A stretch of DNA of 33,058 bases from an uncultured Mollicutes bacterium (GCA_900547045.1 URFB01000001.1:1-33058); one strand, 5' to 3'. Shown: positions 7,354-15,284, numbered from the stretch's first letter. Notes: generated by a model not told the origin, from the sequence alone. Program-made: numbers and translations.

Positions 7354-9387
7354 ATGGATAAACAAAATATTTTAGATGCACTTAATTATTTAAACCCTTC
7401 ATCCTTAGATTACACAACTTGGATACAGGTTGGAATGGCTCTCAAGGATGAGGGCTTTTCTTGTAATGTGTGGGACAATTGGTCACGTGCTGATTCAAGA
7501 TATAGAGATGGGGAATGTGAAAGGAAATGGCAGTCTTTTAATGGTTCATCAACACCAATTACTGGAGCTACTATTATTCAACTTGCTAAAGATAATGGGT
7601 ATTTATCTCCTCATTTTAATGGTAAGAATATGTGCTTAGATTGGAATGATGAAATTGAATATGATGGGTTAGATAGCCCTAAAAAGAATGAACTTAAACC
7701 TTCAGAACAGCTGATAAAGTACTTAGAAACATTATTTGATCCTAGTGATTTTGTTGGTTATGTAACTGATGATGTTTGGAGTGATGGTACTAAATACTAT
7801 CCTTCAAAAGGGGTTTATGATAGAACCGCTGGCGAACTAATTGAACTTTTGAAAAAGCATCCTGATGATATTGGTGCTGTTTTAGGTGATTGGAAAGAAG
7901 AATGTGGTGCTTGGATTAGATTTAATCCTGTTGATGGTGGAGTTAAAAACGAAAACGTCACTAGGTTTAATTATGCCTTAGTTGAATGTGATGAATGTTC
8001 ACTAGAAGAACAAGAAGCTGCTTATAAGAAGTTCGAACTTCCTATCGCTTGCTTAGTTTATAGTGGTGGTAAATCTCTTCATGCCATAGTTCATGTTGAT
8101 GCTCCTGATTTAATTGAATACAGGAAAAGAGTCGAAACTTTATATGGCTTTTTAGAATCTCATGGACTAAAAATTGATAAGCAAAATAAAAATCCTTCAC
8201 GCCTTTCAAGAATGCCAGGAGTGACTAGAAATGGGAAAGAGCAAACATTACTGGCTACTAATATTGGTCGTACTTCTTGGAATGATTGGCTTGATTATTT
8301 AGAGGGTGAAGAAGATGAGCTTGCTGGCATTGAATATCCTGCTGATTTGATTAATGATAGGCCACCTTTAGCACCTGAATTGATTGGTGGTTTACTTCGT
8401 AAAGGTCATAAAATGATTATTTCTGGTGCTTCAAAATCAGGTAAATCATTTTTGCTTATTGAGCTTGCTATAGCTATATCAGAAGGCTTAGATTTCTTAA
8501 ATTTTAAATGCCAGAAAAGCAATGTTTTATATGTAAATTTGGAAATTGATAGACCTTCATGCTTTGATAGAATTTTTAAGATTTATGATGCTTTAGGAAT
8601 TAAAAATCCTACTAAAGGTGCTTTGTCTGTTTGGAATTTACGTGGACATGCTATGCCTCTTGATAAATTAGTACCAAAACTTGTAAGAAGGACTAAAGGT
8701 AAGGAATTTGACTGCATTATCATAGATCCGATTTATAAGGTTATTACTGGTGATGAAAACAATGCCTCAGAAATGGGATACTTTTGTAATCAGTTTGACC
8801 GAATAGCGGATGAAACTGGAGCAAGTGTAATTTATGCACATCACCATAGTAAAGGTGCTCAAGGAGGAAAGTCAGCTCAAGATAGAGCCTCAGGTTCTGG
8901 TGTGTTTGCTCGTGATCCTGACGCTATTGTTGACCTTATTGAAGTAGAAATACCAGAAGAACAAAAGCCTGAAATATGTGATTCATATACCGATTCTGCT
9001 TGGCGTATGCAGTTTGTTACTCGTGATTTTGCTGAACCGCCAACGAGGAATATTTGGTTTAAATATCCGCTTCATTCGATAGATCATACCGATGCAGTAA
9101 AGAAGATGTTATCTCGAGGTGATCCTAGGGCTAATTTAAAACAATATAAAGATGGTGCTGTAAAAACAAGCGATGAGAAATTGGACATTATTGAAGATGC
9201 TTTTAATATCGTAGCAATGGGCCAAAACGAATGTAAAGTGATGGATGTTGCTGAATATTTAGCTGAAGATAAGGATAAGGTTCAATCAAAACGCAAATGG
9301 ATTTATAGAGCTGTAAAGGAAATTCCTGACGATTTTATTATCGAAGATGGAGTTATAAAACGTGTCAAAATTGAGGAGGTGAAATAG
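7354..9387 (+). CDS. Primase-helicase fusion: PriCT-2-like N-terminus, AEP primase-polymerase core, RepA/AAA_25-like ATPase
   Basis: WIQVGMALKDEGF...WSRAD (PriCT-like). ALVECDE and SGGKSLHAIVHVD (AEP motifs I/II). Walker A ISGASKSGKSFLL. Walker B CIIIDPIYK. Confidence 0.8.
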   Translation: MDKQNILDALNYLNPSSLDYTTWIQVGMALKDEGFSCNVWDNWSRADSRYRDGECERKWQSFNGSSTPITGATIIQLAKDNGYLSPHFNGKNMCLDWNDEIEYDGLDSPKKNELKPSEQLIKYLETLFDPSDFVGYVTDDVWSDGTKYYPSKGVYDRTAGELIELLKKHPDDIGAVLGDWKEECGAWIRFNPVDGGVKNENVTRFNYALVECDECSLEEQEAAYKKFELPIACLVYSGGKSLHAIVHVDAPDLIEYRKRVETLYGFLESHGLKIDKQNKNPSRLSRMPGVTRNGKEQTLLATNIGRTSWNDWLDYLEGEEDELAGIEYPADLINDRPPLAPELIGGLLRKGHKMIISGASKSGKSFLLIELAIAISEGLDFLNFKCQKSNVLYVNLEIDRPSCFDRIFKIYDALGIKNPTKGALSVWNLRGHAMPLDKLVPKLVRRTKGKEFDCIIIDPIYKVITGDENNASEMGYFCNQFDRIADETGASVIYAHHHSKGAQGGKSAQDRASGSGVFARDPDAIVDLIEVEIPEEQKPEICDSYTDSAWRMQFVTRDFAEPPTRNIWFKYPLHSIDHTDAVKKMLSRGDPRANLKQYKDGAVKTSDEKLDIIEDAFNIVAMGQNECKVMDVAEYLAEDKDKVQSKRKWIYRAVKEIPDDFIIEDGVIKRVKIEEVK

Positions 9388-9585
9388 CCTTCTGGGACAC
9401 TGGGACATCCGCTTATATATATATGTAACAAATGTCACAAGGAAAAATGAACAAAAAAATAAGGACAGAGACGTTTGAAAGAAGAGCACATAACACTGGC
9501 TTTAAAATTGCCAGTGCCATGTGTAACTCTTCTTCCAAACTCAAACTAAGCGGAGAGAAAAAAGAAAAAAAGAAGGTGGGACAAC

Positions 9586-9999
9586 ATGAAAATGTTTTTA
9601 CTACTAGATCCGCCAACAACGACGGCTCAAATGAAAAAGATAGGTATCATACATGGTAAGCCTTACGTGTATACACCTGAAAATGTAAAAAAGGCAAAAG
9701 ATGAAATAATTAAACACTTAAGCCCATTTAAACCTGATGCTCCTTTAGATGGACCTCTTGAATTAAAAGTCAGCTGGTACTTTCCAAAAGGATCAAGGCA
9801 TAAGCATTTTGAATGGCGAGTAACAAAACCTGATACCGATAATTTAGAGAAGATGCTAAAGGATTGTATGACTGAGCTTAATTTCTGGAACGATGATGCT
9901 CAAGTGGTATGCGAGTTCGTTGAGAAGGTTTGGTCAGATGAACCTACAGGCATTTCAATTGAAATTAATCAGTTAAATAAATTTAAGGAGGCCAGTTGA
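9586..9999 (+). CDS. rusA: RusA-family Holliday junction resolvase
   Basis: KPDTDNLEKMLKDCM...WNDDAQV matches the RusA catalytic Asp pattern. 137 aa. AAGGTGGG lies upstream of the ATG. Confidence 0.8.
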   Translation: MKMFLLLDPPTTTAQMKKIGIIHGKPYVYTPENVKKAKDEIIKHLSPFKPDAPLDGPLELKVSWYFPKGSRHKHFEWRVTKPDTDNLEKMLKDCMTELNFWNDDAQVVCEFVEKVWSDEPTGISIEINQLNKFKEAS

Positions 10000-10000
10000 T

Positions 10001-10435
10001 ATGGATGCTAAAGAATATTTGATGCAGATAAAAAAACTTGAACACAAAATTTATTGTATGAAGTTACGTTCAGAAGAATATGACAGAATGAGTCTTTCAA
10101 TTCCAGGACCTTCTTATGGTGAAAAGATAGGATCTAATCCGAATAGAAATACAGATGCACCTTTCGTTAAATGGATTTATAAGAAAATTGAAATTGATGA
10201 GAAAATTAAAACCTTAGAAGAAAAGCTCAAAAATATTAAAAGCCAAGCACTATTAATAATTGAAGAATTAGAAAATGAGGATTTTAAAACTATTCTTGTT
10301 AAACGCTATATCGAAGGTGAAAATTGGGATGTAATTGCCTCAGCAATATTTGTTTCAAAAAGAACCGCTATTAGATGGCATGATACAGCTTTAGAATTAT
10401 TGAAACTAGATAGCCATAATATAGAAAATAATTGA
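10001..10435 (+). CDS. Sigma-70 region-4-like phage regulator (ArpU/RinA/DUF1492-type), candidate late-gene activator
   Basis: C-terminal ILVKRYIEGENWDVIASAIFVSKRTAIRWHDTALELL. It is the last gene before the repeat-rich region and the late genes. Confidence 0.6.
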   Translation: MDAKEYLMQIKKLEHKIYCMKLRSEEYDRMSLSIPGPSYGEKIGSNPNRNTDAPFVKWIYKKIEIDEKIKTLEEKLKNIKSQALLIIEELENEDFKTILVKRYIEGENWDVIASAIFVSKRTAIRWHDTALELLKLDSHNIENN

Positions 10436-10440
10436 TGTCT

Positions 10441-10700
10441 ATACACTGGTCTTTCTTAAAAGTATTGTGTATAAGACTTCAAAAGACGTGCTTGTCTTCC
10501 TCTTAGATTTTTGAGTGAGACATGCCGAGACTTTGAATAAGACAACAAGACTTTGCAAATATTGGCCAGATTCTTGCAGTCTTATGGAAAATACCGCCAG
10601 ATTCTTCGTGTCTAAAAGGTCTTAGACAACTGTCTTTTAGTGAAGTCTTGTGGAAAAGACATGGTGGTCTTAGGATGTCTTCCTCAAATTTATACACAAA
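10441..10700. repeat. Iteron-like cluster of GTCTT/AAGAC pentamers and longer duplicated words
   Basis: About 16 GTCTT/AAGAC copies. Exact duplicates: GCCAGATTCTT (10565, 10596), GGTCTTAG (10618, 10666), TGTCTTCCTC (10493, 10676). TATACAC/GTGTATA inverted repeat at 10440/10468. Confidence 0.6.
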
Positions 10701-10730
10701 AACGATGAAATCTAATAATAATTAAAATGT

Positions 10731-10795
10731 TGACACGCTCTGTCACTCAATGTCACTCTCTGTCACATTGTGCCTTTCTTAAAGTGTGCTATAAT
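10731..10795 (+). promoter_or_regulatory. Four helically phased TG(A/T)CAC hexamers followed by an extended -10 promoter
   Basis: TGACAC at 10731 and TGTCAC at 10741, 10751 and 10761 (exact 10-bp spacing). TTGTGC at 10768-10773, then a 16-nt spacer, then TGcTATAAT at 10787-10795. Confidence 0.55.
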
Positions 10796-10823
10796 TATAA
10801 TAGGCAAAAGCTATAGAAATAGA

Positions 10824-10855
10824 GGTCAACAGAATAATATCTGCTGGCCTTTTTT
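10824..10855 (+). terminator. Intrinsic-terminator-like hairpin in the leader of the 10884 gene
   Basis: GGTCAACAGA (10824-10833), loop ATAATA, TCTGCTGGCC (10840-10849): 8 Watson-Crick pairs, one G-U and one mismatch. Followed by T6 (10850-10855). Confidence 0.55.
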
Positions 10856-10883
10856 CGTGCTTAGAAGGAAGAAGGTGATTTCA

Positions 10884-11390
10884 ATGAAACGCAAAGATAT
10901 TTATGAAACTTGGGAACAAAATGGTGAACTAAATAAAGTGTTAGCTTTCATCAAAGAGTGTGCTTCAAATTTAGTAACTCAAAGAGAAATGTGTGAATAT
11001 CTTGGTATCACTGAAGTTTGCTTCTCAAATTTAAAGAAGAAACATCCTGAACTACAAAAGATGATGGATGATGCAAAACTGGATTTAAAAAATAAGTTAG
11101 TAAATGCAATGGTTAAAAAAGCATTAGGCTTTGAAATTGTTGAAGAAGAACAATTTATTGAAGATGCTGGTAAAGGTGAAAAACAAAAGAGGAAAATCCA
11201 TAGAACTAAAAAGCAAGTTCCACCAGATTATAAATCTATTGTTTATTTGTTAACTAAGAAATTCGGTAAAGAGTTTAGTGAGCGATATGAAGAAATAATG
11301 CTCGCTGAAAAGAAATTAGAACAAGCTAAGGAGGTCTGGGAAAATGAACAAAATAAACAACAAGCTGAATTTGATTCAGATGAATATTGA
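10884..11390 (+). CDS. HTH protein resembling GP3-type small terminase / DNA-packaging proteins
   Basis: MCEYLGITEVCFSNLKKKHPELQ (HTH followed by a 'kkhPef' motif) and a later VPPDYKSIVYLL, as in gp3-like TerS. Start set at the ATG at 10884, behind GAAGGTGAT. Confidence 0.45.
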   Translation: MKRKDIYETWEQNGELNKVLAFIKECASNLVTQREMCEYLGITEVCFSNLKKKHPELQKMMDDAKLDLKNKLVNAMVKKALGFEIVEEEQFIEDAGKGEKQKRKIHRTKKQVPPDYKSIVYLLTKKFGKEFSERYEEIMLAEKKLEQAKEVWENEQNKQQAEFDSDEY

Positions 11391-12600
11391 TGATTTAGTA
11401 CTTTATGAAAATAATCCTAGAAACAACGATGGAGCAGTAGATGCTGTTGCTGCTTCAATTAATTCATTTGGATTTAAGGTTCCAATCATCATTGATAAAA
11501 ACAATGTGGTCGTATGTGGCCACACAAGAGTTAAAGCAAGTAAGAAATTAGGAATGACTGAAGTTCCTTGTATTGTAGCTGATGATTTAAATGAAGAACA
11601 AATAAAAGCATTTCGTTTAGCTGATAACAAGGTTAGTGAATTAGCTGAATGGAATATGGATAAACTTGCTGAAGAATTAAAGCAAATTGATATGGACATG
11701 CTTCAATTTGGATTTGAAGATTTAGAAAACTCACTTGAAAGAGATGTACTTGAAGATGAATTTGATGAAGAGGAAGAATTACCTGTTAATCCCTATTCTA
11801 AAAAGGGTGATGTTTTTATCTTAGGTAAACACAGATTAATGTGTGGTGATTCAACAATCAAAGAAGATGTTGATAAATTAACTGATGGAAAGTTAGCAGA
11901 TATGGTTTTCACTGATCCTCCTTATAACGTTGATTATGAAGGTGGAGTTGATGACAATGGTTCAAAAATGAAAATTCAAAACGATAAACAATCAGATGCT
12001 GATTTTAAAGAATTCTTACAAAAGGCATTTGATAACATGGCACTTCATTGTAAAAACGGGGGAGCTATCTATTGTTGCCATGCTGATACTGAAGGTTTGA
12101 ATTTTAGAACTGCTTTTATTAATGCAGGTTTCAAATTAGCTGAATGTTTGATATGGGTTAAAAATTCTTTAGTTCTTGGTCGTCAAGATTATCATTGGCG
12201 TCATGAGCCGATCCTCTATGGATGGAAAGAAGGAGCTGGTCATTATTTTATCGATGACCGTTCACAAGATACAATTTGGGAATACAACAAACCGAAGGTT
12301 AATGATTTACATCCAACAATGAAGCCACTTGAACTTGTTGGTAGAGCAATTAAGAACTCTAGTAAAAAAGGTGAATTAGTCCTTGACCTATTTGGTGGTT
12401 CAGGTTCAACAATGATAACTTCTGAACAAATTGATAGAAGTGCAATGCTTATGGAATTAGATGAAAAATATGTCGATGTGATAGTTAAGAGATACTTAAG
12501 ATTCGTTCAAAGTTACGATAACTGCTACCTTTTAAGAAATGGTGAAACTATAGCTCTTAAAGATATCCCTGATTATCACATCGATTTTGAAACAATTTAA
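11344..12600 (+). CDS. ParB-like N-terminal domain fused to a beta-class DNA methyltransferase (probably N6-adenine)
   Basis: LVLYENNPRNND...CGHTRVKA (ParB/Srx-like). Motif IV FTDPPYNV lies upstream of motif I DLFGGSGST. Confidence 0.85.
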   Translation: MNKINNKLNLIQMNIDDLVLYENNPRNNDGAVDAVAASINSFGFKVPIIIDKNNVVVCGHTRVKASKKLGMTEVPCIVADDLNEEQIKAFRLADNKVSELAEWNMDKLAEELKQIDMDMLQFGFEDLENSLERDVLEDEFDEEEELPVNPYSKKGDVFILGKHRLMCGDSTIKEDVDKLTDGKLADMVFTDPPYNVDYEGGVDDNGSKMKIQNDKQSDADFKEFLQKAFDNMALHCKNGGAIYCCHADTEGLNFRTAFINAGFKLAECLIWVKNSLVLGRQDYHWRHEPILYGWKEGAGHYFIDDRSQDTIWEYNKPKVNDLHPTMKPLELVGRAIKNSSKKGELVLDLFGGSGSTMITSEQIDRSAMLMELDEKYVDVIVKRYLRFVQSYDNCYLLRNGETIALKDIPDYHIDFETI

Positions 12601-12643
12601 ATGTATTAAAATTTGAAAATTTAAGTAAAAAATGGAGGAAATT

Positions 12644-13783
12644 ATGAAAATAATTACAAGCGAATGCGTATTTAGGGGACATCCTGATAAAATAGCTGAT
12701 CAGATTAGTGATCGTATTTTAGATGAGTGTTTGGCTCAAGATAAAAATAGTAGAGTTGCAGTTGAAACATTAATTAAAAATAATCTAATTGTTTTAGCTG
12801 GTGAAGTCACTACAAATGCTAATATTTCTTATAAGAACGTTGCTTTGTCAGTTCTTAAAGATTTAGGATATGAAAATCTTGATAATTTTGAATTTATTAT
12901 TGAAATTTCAAAACAAAGTCCTGATATTGCTTTAGGTGTAGATAAGGACGGAGCTGGTGATCAAGGAATTATGTATGGCTTTGCAACTTCTGAATCAAAA
13001 GAGCTTATGCCTCTTCCAATAGTTATAGCTAGAAAAATAGCAATTAAAATGGATGAATTAACAAAGGAAATTCCTGAATTATTTGGTAAGGATGGTAAAT
13101 GCCAAGTATCAATTGCTTATGATGAAGATGATAATCCAGTAAAAGTAATAACTATTATAGTTTCTCAACAAACGCAGCCAAATGTTGATAGAGAATTTTA
13201 CACTTCCTTTATCATAGAAGAATGTTTAAAGAAGGTCATTCCTAGCTGGTTAATTACAGGAGAAACAAAAGTCTTGATTAATCCTACAGGTGAATTTGTA
13301 AAAGGTGGAGCTTATGCTGATTCAGGCTTAACTGGAAGAAAAATTATCTGTGATACTTATGGTGGAGTAGGCAGACATGGTGGTGGAGCTTTTTCTGGTA
13401 AAGATCCAACGAAGGTTGATAGATGTGCTGCATACTATGCTAGGTATGTTGCAAAGAATGTAGTTGCTGCTGGGCTTGCAAGAAAATGTGAAGTTCAAGT
13501 TGCTTATGCAATTGGTGTAGCTAAACCAGTAGCGGTTAACATTGAAACCTTTGGAACAAGCAAATATACCAATGACCAAATCAAAGAAGCTGTACTTAAA
13601 TTCTTTAACTTCACACCAAAAGCAATCAGAACTGAAATTTTAAATGATGATATAAGCTATTATGATTTAGCTAAATATGGTCATGTTGGAAGAAGTGATA
13701 TTCGTGTTCCTTGGGAAAGAACGAATAAGGCTTATATTTTAAAAGCCTATTTCATACAAAAATATGCCAAGCGAGTACGATAA
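12644..13783 (+). CDS. metK: S-adenosylmethionine synthetase (MetK), full length
   Basis: GHPDKIADQISD, GAGDQGIMYGFA, GGGAFSGKDPTKVDR. Start moved to the ATG at 12644, 7 nt after GGAGG. Confidence 0.9.
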   Translation: MKIITSECVFRGHPDKIADQISDRILDECLAQDKNSRVAVETLIKNNLIVLAGEVTTNANISYKNVALSVLKDLGYENLDNFEFIIEISKQSPDIALGVDKDGAGDQGIMYGFATSESKELMPLPIVIARKIAIKMDELTKEIPELFGKDGKCQVSIAYDEDDNPVKVITIIVSQQTQPNVDREFYTSFIIEECLKKVIPSWLITGETKVLINPTGEFVKGGAYADSGLTGRKIICDTYGGVGRHGGGAFSGKDPTKVDRCAAYYARYVAKNVVAAGLARKCEVQVAYAIGVAKPVAVNIETFGTSKYTNDQIKEAVLKFFNFTPKAIRTEILNDDISYYDLAKYGHVGRSDIRVPWERTNKAYILKAYFIQKYAKRVR

Positions 13784-14057
13784 AATAAGGAAGTTCTACA
13801 AAAGTGATAATTGGAAAATTGCTAGAGCTATGAAGATAGCTTCAGCTGGTGGAAGATGTGAAAAGTGTGGTGATGTTGGTACTGAAGTGCACCACATCAT
13901 TCACTTGACTCCTGAAAATGTAAATAATCCTGAAATCAGTATCAACCAAAATAATCTTTTATTGCTTTGTAAAGAATGTCACAACAAGGAACACGAACGC
14001 TTTACAGATAAAAAAGAATATAAGTTTGATGAAGATGGTAATATGGTAAAAAAGTAG
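13764..14057 (+). CDS. HNH endonuclease (packaging-associated type)
   Basis: CEKCG...EVHHIIHL...NLLLLCKECHNKEH. 97 aa. Confidence 0.85.
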   Translation: MPSEYDKIRKFYKSDNWKIARAMKIASAGGRCEKCGDVGTEVHHIIHLTPENVNNPEISINQNNLLLLCKECHNKEHERFTDKKEYKFDEDGNMVKK

Positions 14058-14097
14058 ATTTCATGGTATAATTTTCAAAAAGAAAGTTGGTGAAAAC

Positions 14098-14277
14098 ATG
14101 AAATATAAATATCAAACAGATACTATTTCTTATGGTCTTAGCAAGAAAAATTTAACAAATAAATTGCAGGAACTTTTAGAACAACGTTCTAAAGATGGGT
14201 GGCGTCTTGTTAAATATGATTTTAGCGACTGGCTTGGTGCATGTGTAGTTGTCTTTGAAAAAGAAGTACAAGATTAA
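14098..14277 (+). CDS. DUF4177-like mini-protein (59 aa, below the ORF-track cutoff)
   Basis: My own translation gives MKYKYQTDTISYGLSKKNLTNKLQELLEQRSKDGWRLVKYDFSDWLGACVVVFEKEVQD. L..L...GW.LV...vvFek matches the DUF4177 pattern. GGTGA lies upstream. Confidence 0.55.
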   Translation: MKYKYQTDTISYGLSKKNLTNKLQELLEQRSKDGWRLVKYDFSDWLGACVVVFEKEVQD

Positions 14278-14411
14278 TCCCCCCAGTCAAAAAATCGAGC
14301 AGTTGCTAAAGTACCGTTCGGCCCCACCTCAGATATGCGTGGCCCAGAATTTTTGAAATTCTGAAATTTTGAAAAACTGAATAATAATCAAAGTATGTCT
14401 TGGATTATGTG

Positions 14412-14443
14412 AAGAGTAGTGTAAAAAGCTGCTCTTTTATTTT
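14412..14443 (+). terminator. Intrinsic terminator upstream of the accessory cassette
   Basis: AAGAGTAG (14412-14419) pairs with CTGCTCTT (14429-14436): 8 bp including one G-U, 9-nt loop, then TTATTTT. Confidence 0.55.
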
Positions 14444-14445
14444 AC

Positions 14446-14489
14446 TTTCAAGTTGATATTTATTGCTTTTAGAGTGATTAATATAACAC
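14446..14489 (+). promoter_or_regulatory. Copy 1 of the triplicated promoter-like element
   Basis: TTGATA-N10-TTAGAGTGAT-TAATATAACAC. Same 16-nt offset between TTGATA and TTAGAGTGAT as in copies 2 and 3. Confidence 0.5.
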
Positions 14490-14508
14490 GAATAAGGAGG
14501 ATGTAAAC

Positions 14509-14874
14509 ATGGCCGAATTAAAAGCTGGATGTTATATCAAAATAAAAAATATGAAAAGTGAGCCTGATTATTCAGGTAAAGTTGGTAAAGTAATCTTAAT
14601 TGATGATGCAAATCAAATTCATGGAACTTGGGGTGGATGTGCTTTGATACCTGAAGTTGATGAATTTGAAGTTTTACCTGATGAGAGAATTCCTTTATTT
14701 GAGATGTGTGAAAAAAATAGAACAGGTCTAAGAGGAATGAATCACCTTGTAGATTATTATGTTAGCTCAGTTGGAATGTCAGAAAAAGAAGCTGTCGATT
14801 ATGCTATTGGATTGTTTCACAATGGTACAATTCAAGAAATTCAGTTCATCGGAAAAGACGGAAAAGAGATATAA
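14509..14874 (+). CDS. DUF4314-like domain protein
   Basis: N-terminus AGCYIKIKNMKSEPDYSGKVGKVILIDDANQIHGTWGGCALIPEVDEFEVL fits the DUF4314 pattern known from Firmicutes conjugative elements. The C-terminal half is unassigned. Confidence 0.55.
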   Translation: MAELKAGCYIKIKNMKSEPDYSGKVGKVILIDDANQIHGTWGGCALIPEVDEFEVLPDERIPLFEMCEKNRTGLRGMNHLVDYYVSSVGMSEKEAVDYAIGLFHNGTIQEIQFIGKDGKEI

Positions 14875-14885
14875 AAAAGTATCAT

Positions 14886-14928
14886 AATTAACTTGATATA
14901 AGTTCTTCTTAGAGTGATATATATACAC
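14886..14928 (+). promoter_or_regulatory. Copy 2 of the triplicated promoter-like element
   Basis: AATTAACTTGATATAAGTTCTTCTTAGAGTGATATATATACAC. Followed by leader hairpin GGAAAGG (14931-14937) / CCTTTCC (14947-14953) abutting AAGGAGG. Confidence 0.5.
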
Positions 14929-14967
14929 AAGGAAAGGGAAAAAGAACCTTTCCAAGGAGGAACAAAA

Positions 14968-15186
14968 ATGTCATTACAAAAATTAAACAAAATCTTAAAT
15001 AACCTTAAGAAGAAAACAACAAAACTTTATAACGAGTTAAGCCAAAAAACTGATGGAAGATACAAGATTGGAGTTAATGGACTTGGGGTTATTGTATTAG
15101 CGGATTTAACAAATATGGAAACCTTGGCTAAGGGTGAAAAAGAATGCCAAGAAGCTATGGAAAAGTTACTTGAAGGAGCTAAATAA
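14968..15186 (+). CDS. Hypothetical 72-aa protein
   Basis: ATG at 14968, 7 nt after AAGGAGG. The upstream part of the 14914 ORF is the repeated promoter/leader, so it was trimmed. No family recognised. Confidence 0.55.
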   Translation: MSLQKLNKILNNLKKKTTKLYNELSQKTDGRYKIGVNGLGVIVLADLTNMETLAKGEKECQEAMEKLLEGAK

Positions 15187-15241
15187 AAGGCTCCTTTTTA
15201 GGTGATAAAATCCTCAAAAAAATAGTTAAAAAAAGATACAC

Positions 15242-15284
15242 AATTAACTTGCTATAGTGTCCGTTTAGAGTGATATATATACAC
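15242..15284 (+). promoter_or_regulatory. Copy 3 of the triplicated promoter-like element
   Basis: AATTAACTTGCTATAGTGTCCGTTTAGAGTGATATATATACAC. Followed by leader hairpin GAAGG (15288-15292) / CCTTC (15303-15307) abutting AAGGAGG. Confidence 0.5.

Noticed and set aside
9432-9659. 75-aa ORF in the primase-rusA gap, plus antisense ORFs 9286..9489 and 9413..9619
   Set aside because: No SD, low-complexity Lys/Ser-rich or hydrophobic products, and overlap with the well-supported rusA start at 9586.
10503-10697. 64-aa minus-strand ORF inside the iteron-like region
   Set aside because: No SD, antisense to all neighbouring genes, and a composition dictated by the GTCTT/AAGAC repeats.
10770-10883. 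N-terminal extension of the 10770..11390 ORF (GTG start)
   Set aside because: The extension spans the -10 box and the leader terminator hairpin with its T6 run. The ATG at 10884 has a GAAGGTGAT SD and begins the recognisable HTH protein.
14914-14967. N-terminal extension of the 14914..15186 ORF. The same applies to extensions at 3141-3170, 12632-12643, 21598-21615, 23819-23851 and 24449-24475.
   Set aside because: Each extension lacks an SD, whereas an internal ATG sits 5-9 nt after a strong AGGAGG-type site. At 14914 the extension is the repeated promoter/leader element itself.
15187-15205. AAAAGG-ctc-CTTTTT after the 72-aa gene, considered as a terminator
   Set aside because: The stem is only 4-6 A-T-rich pairs with a 2-4 nt loop, which is too weak to call.
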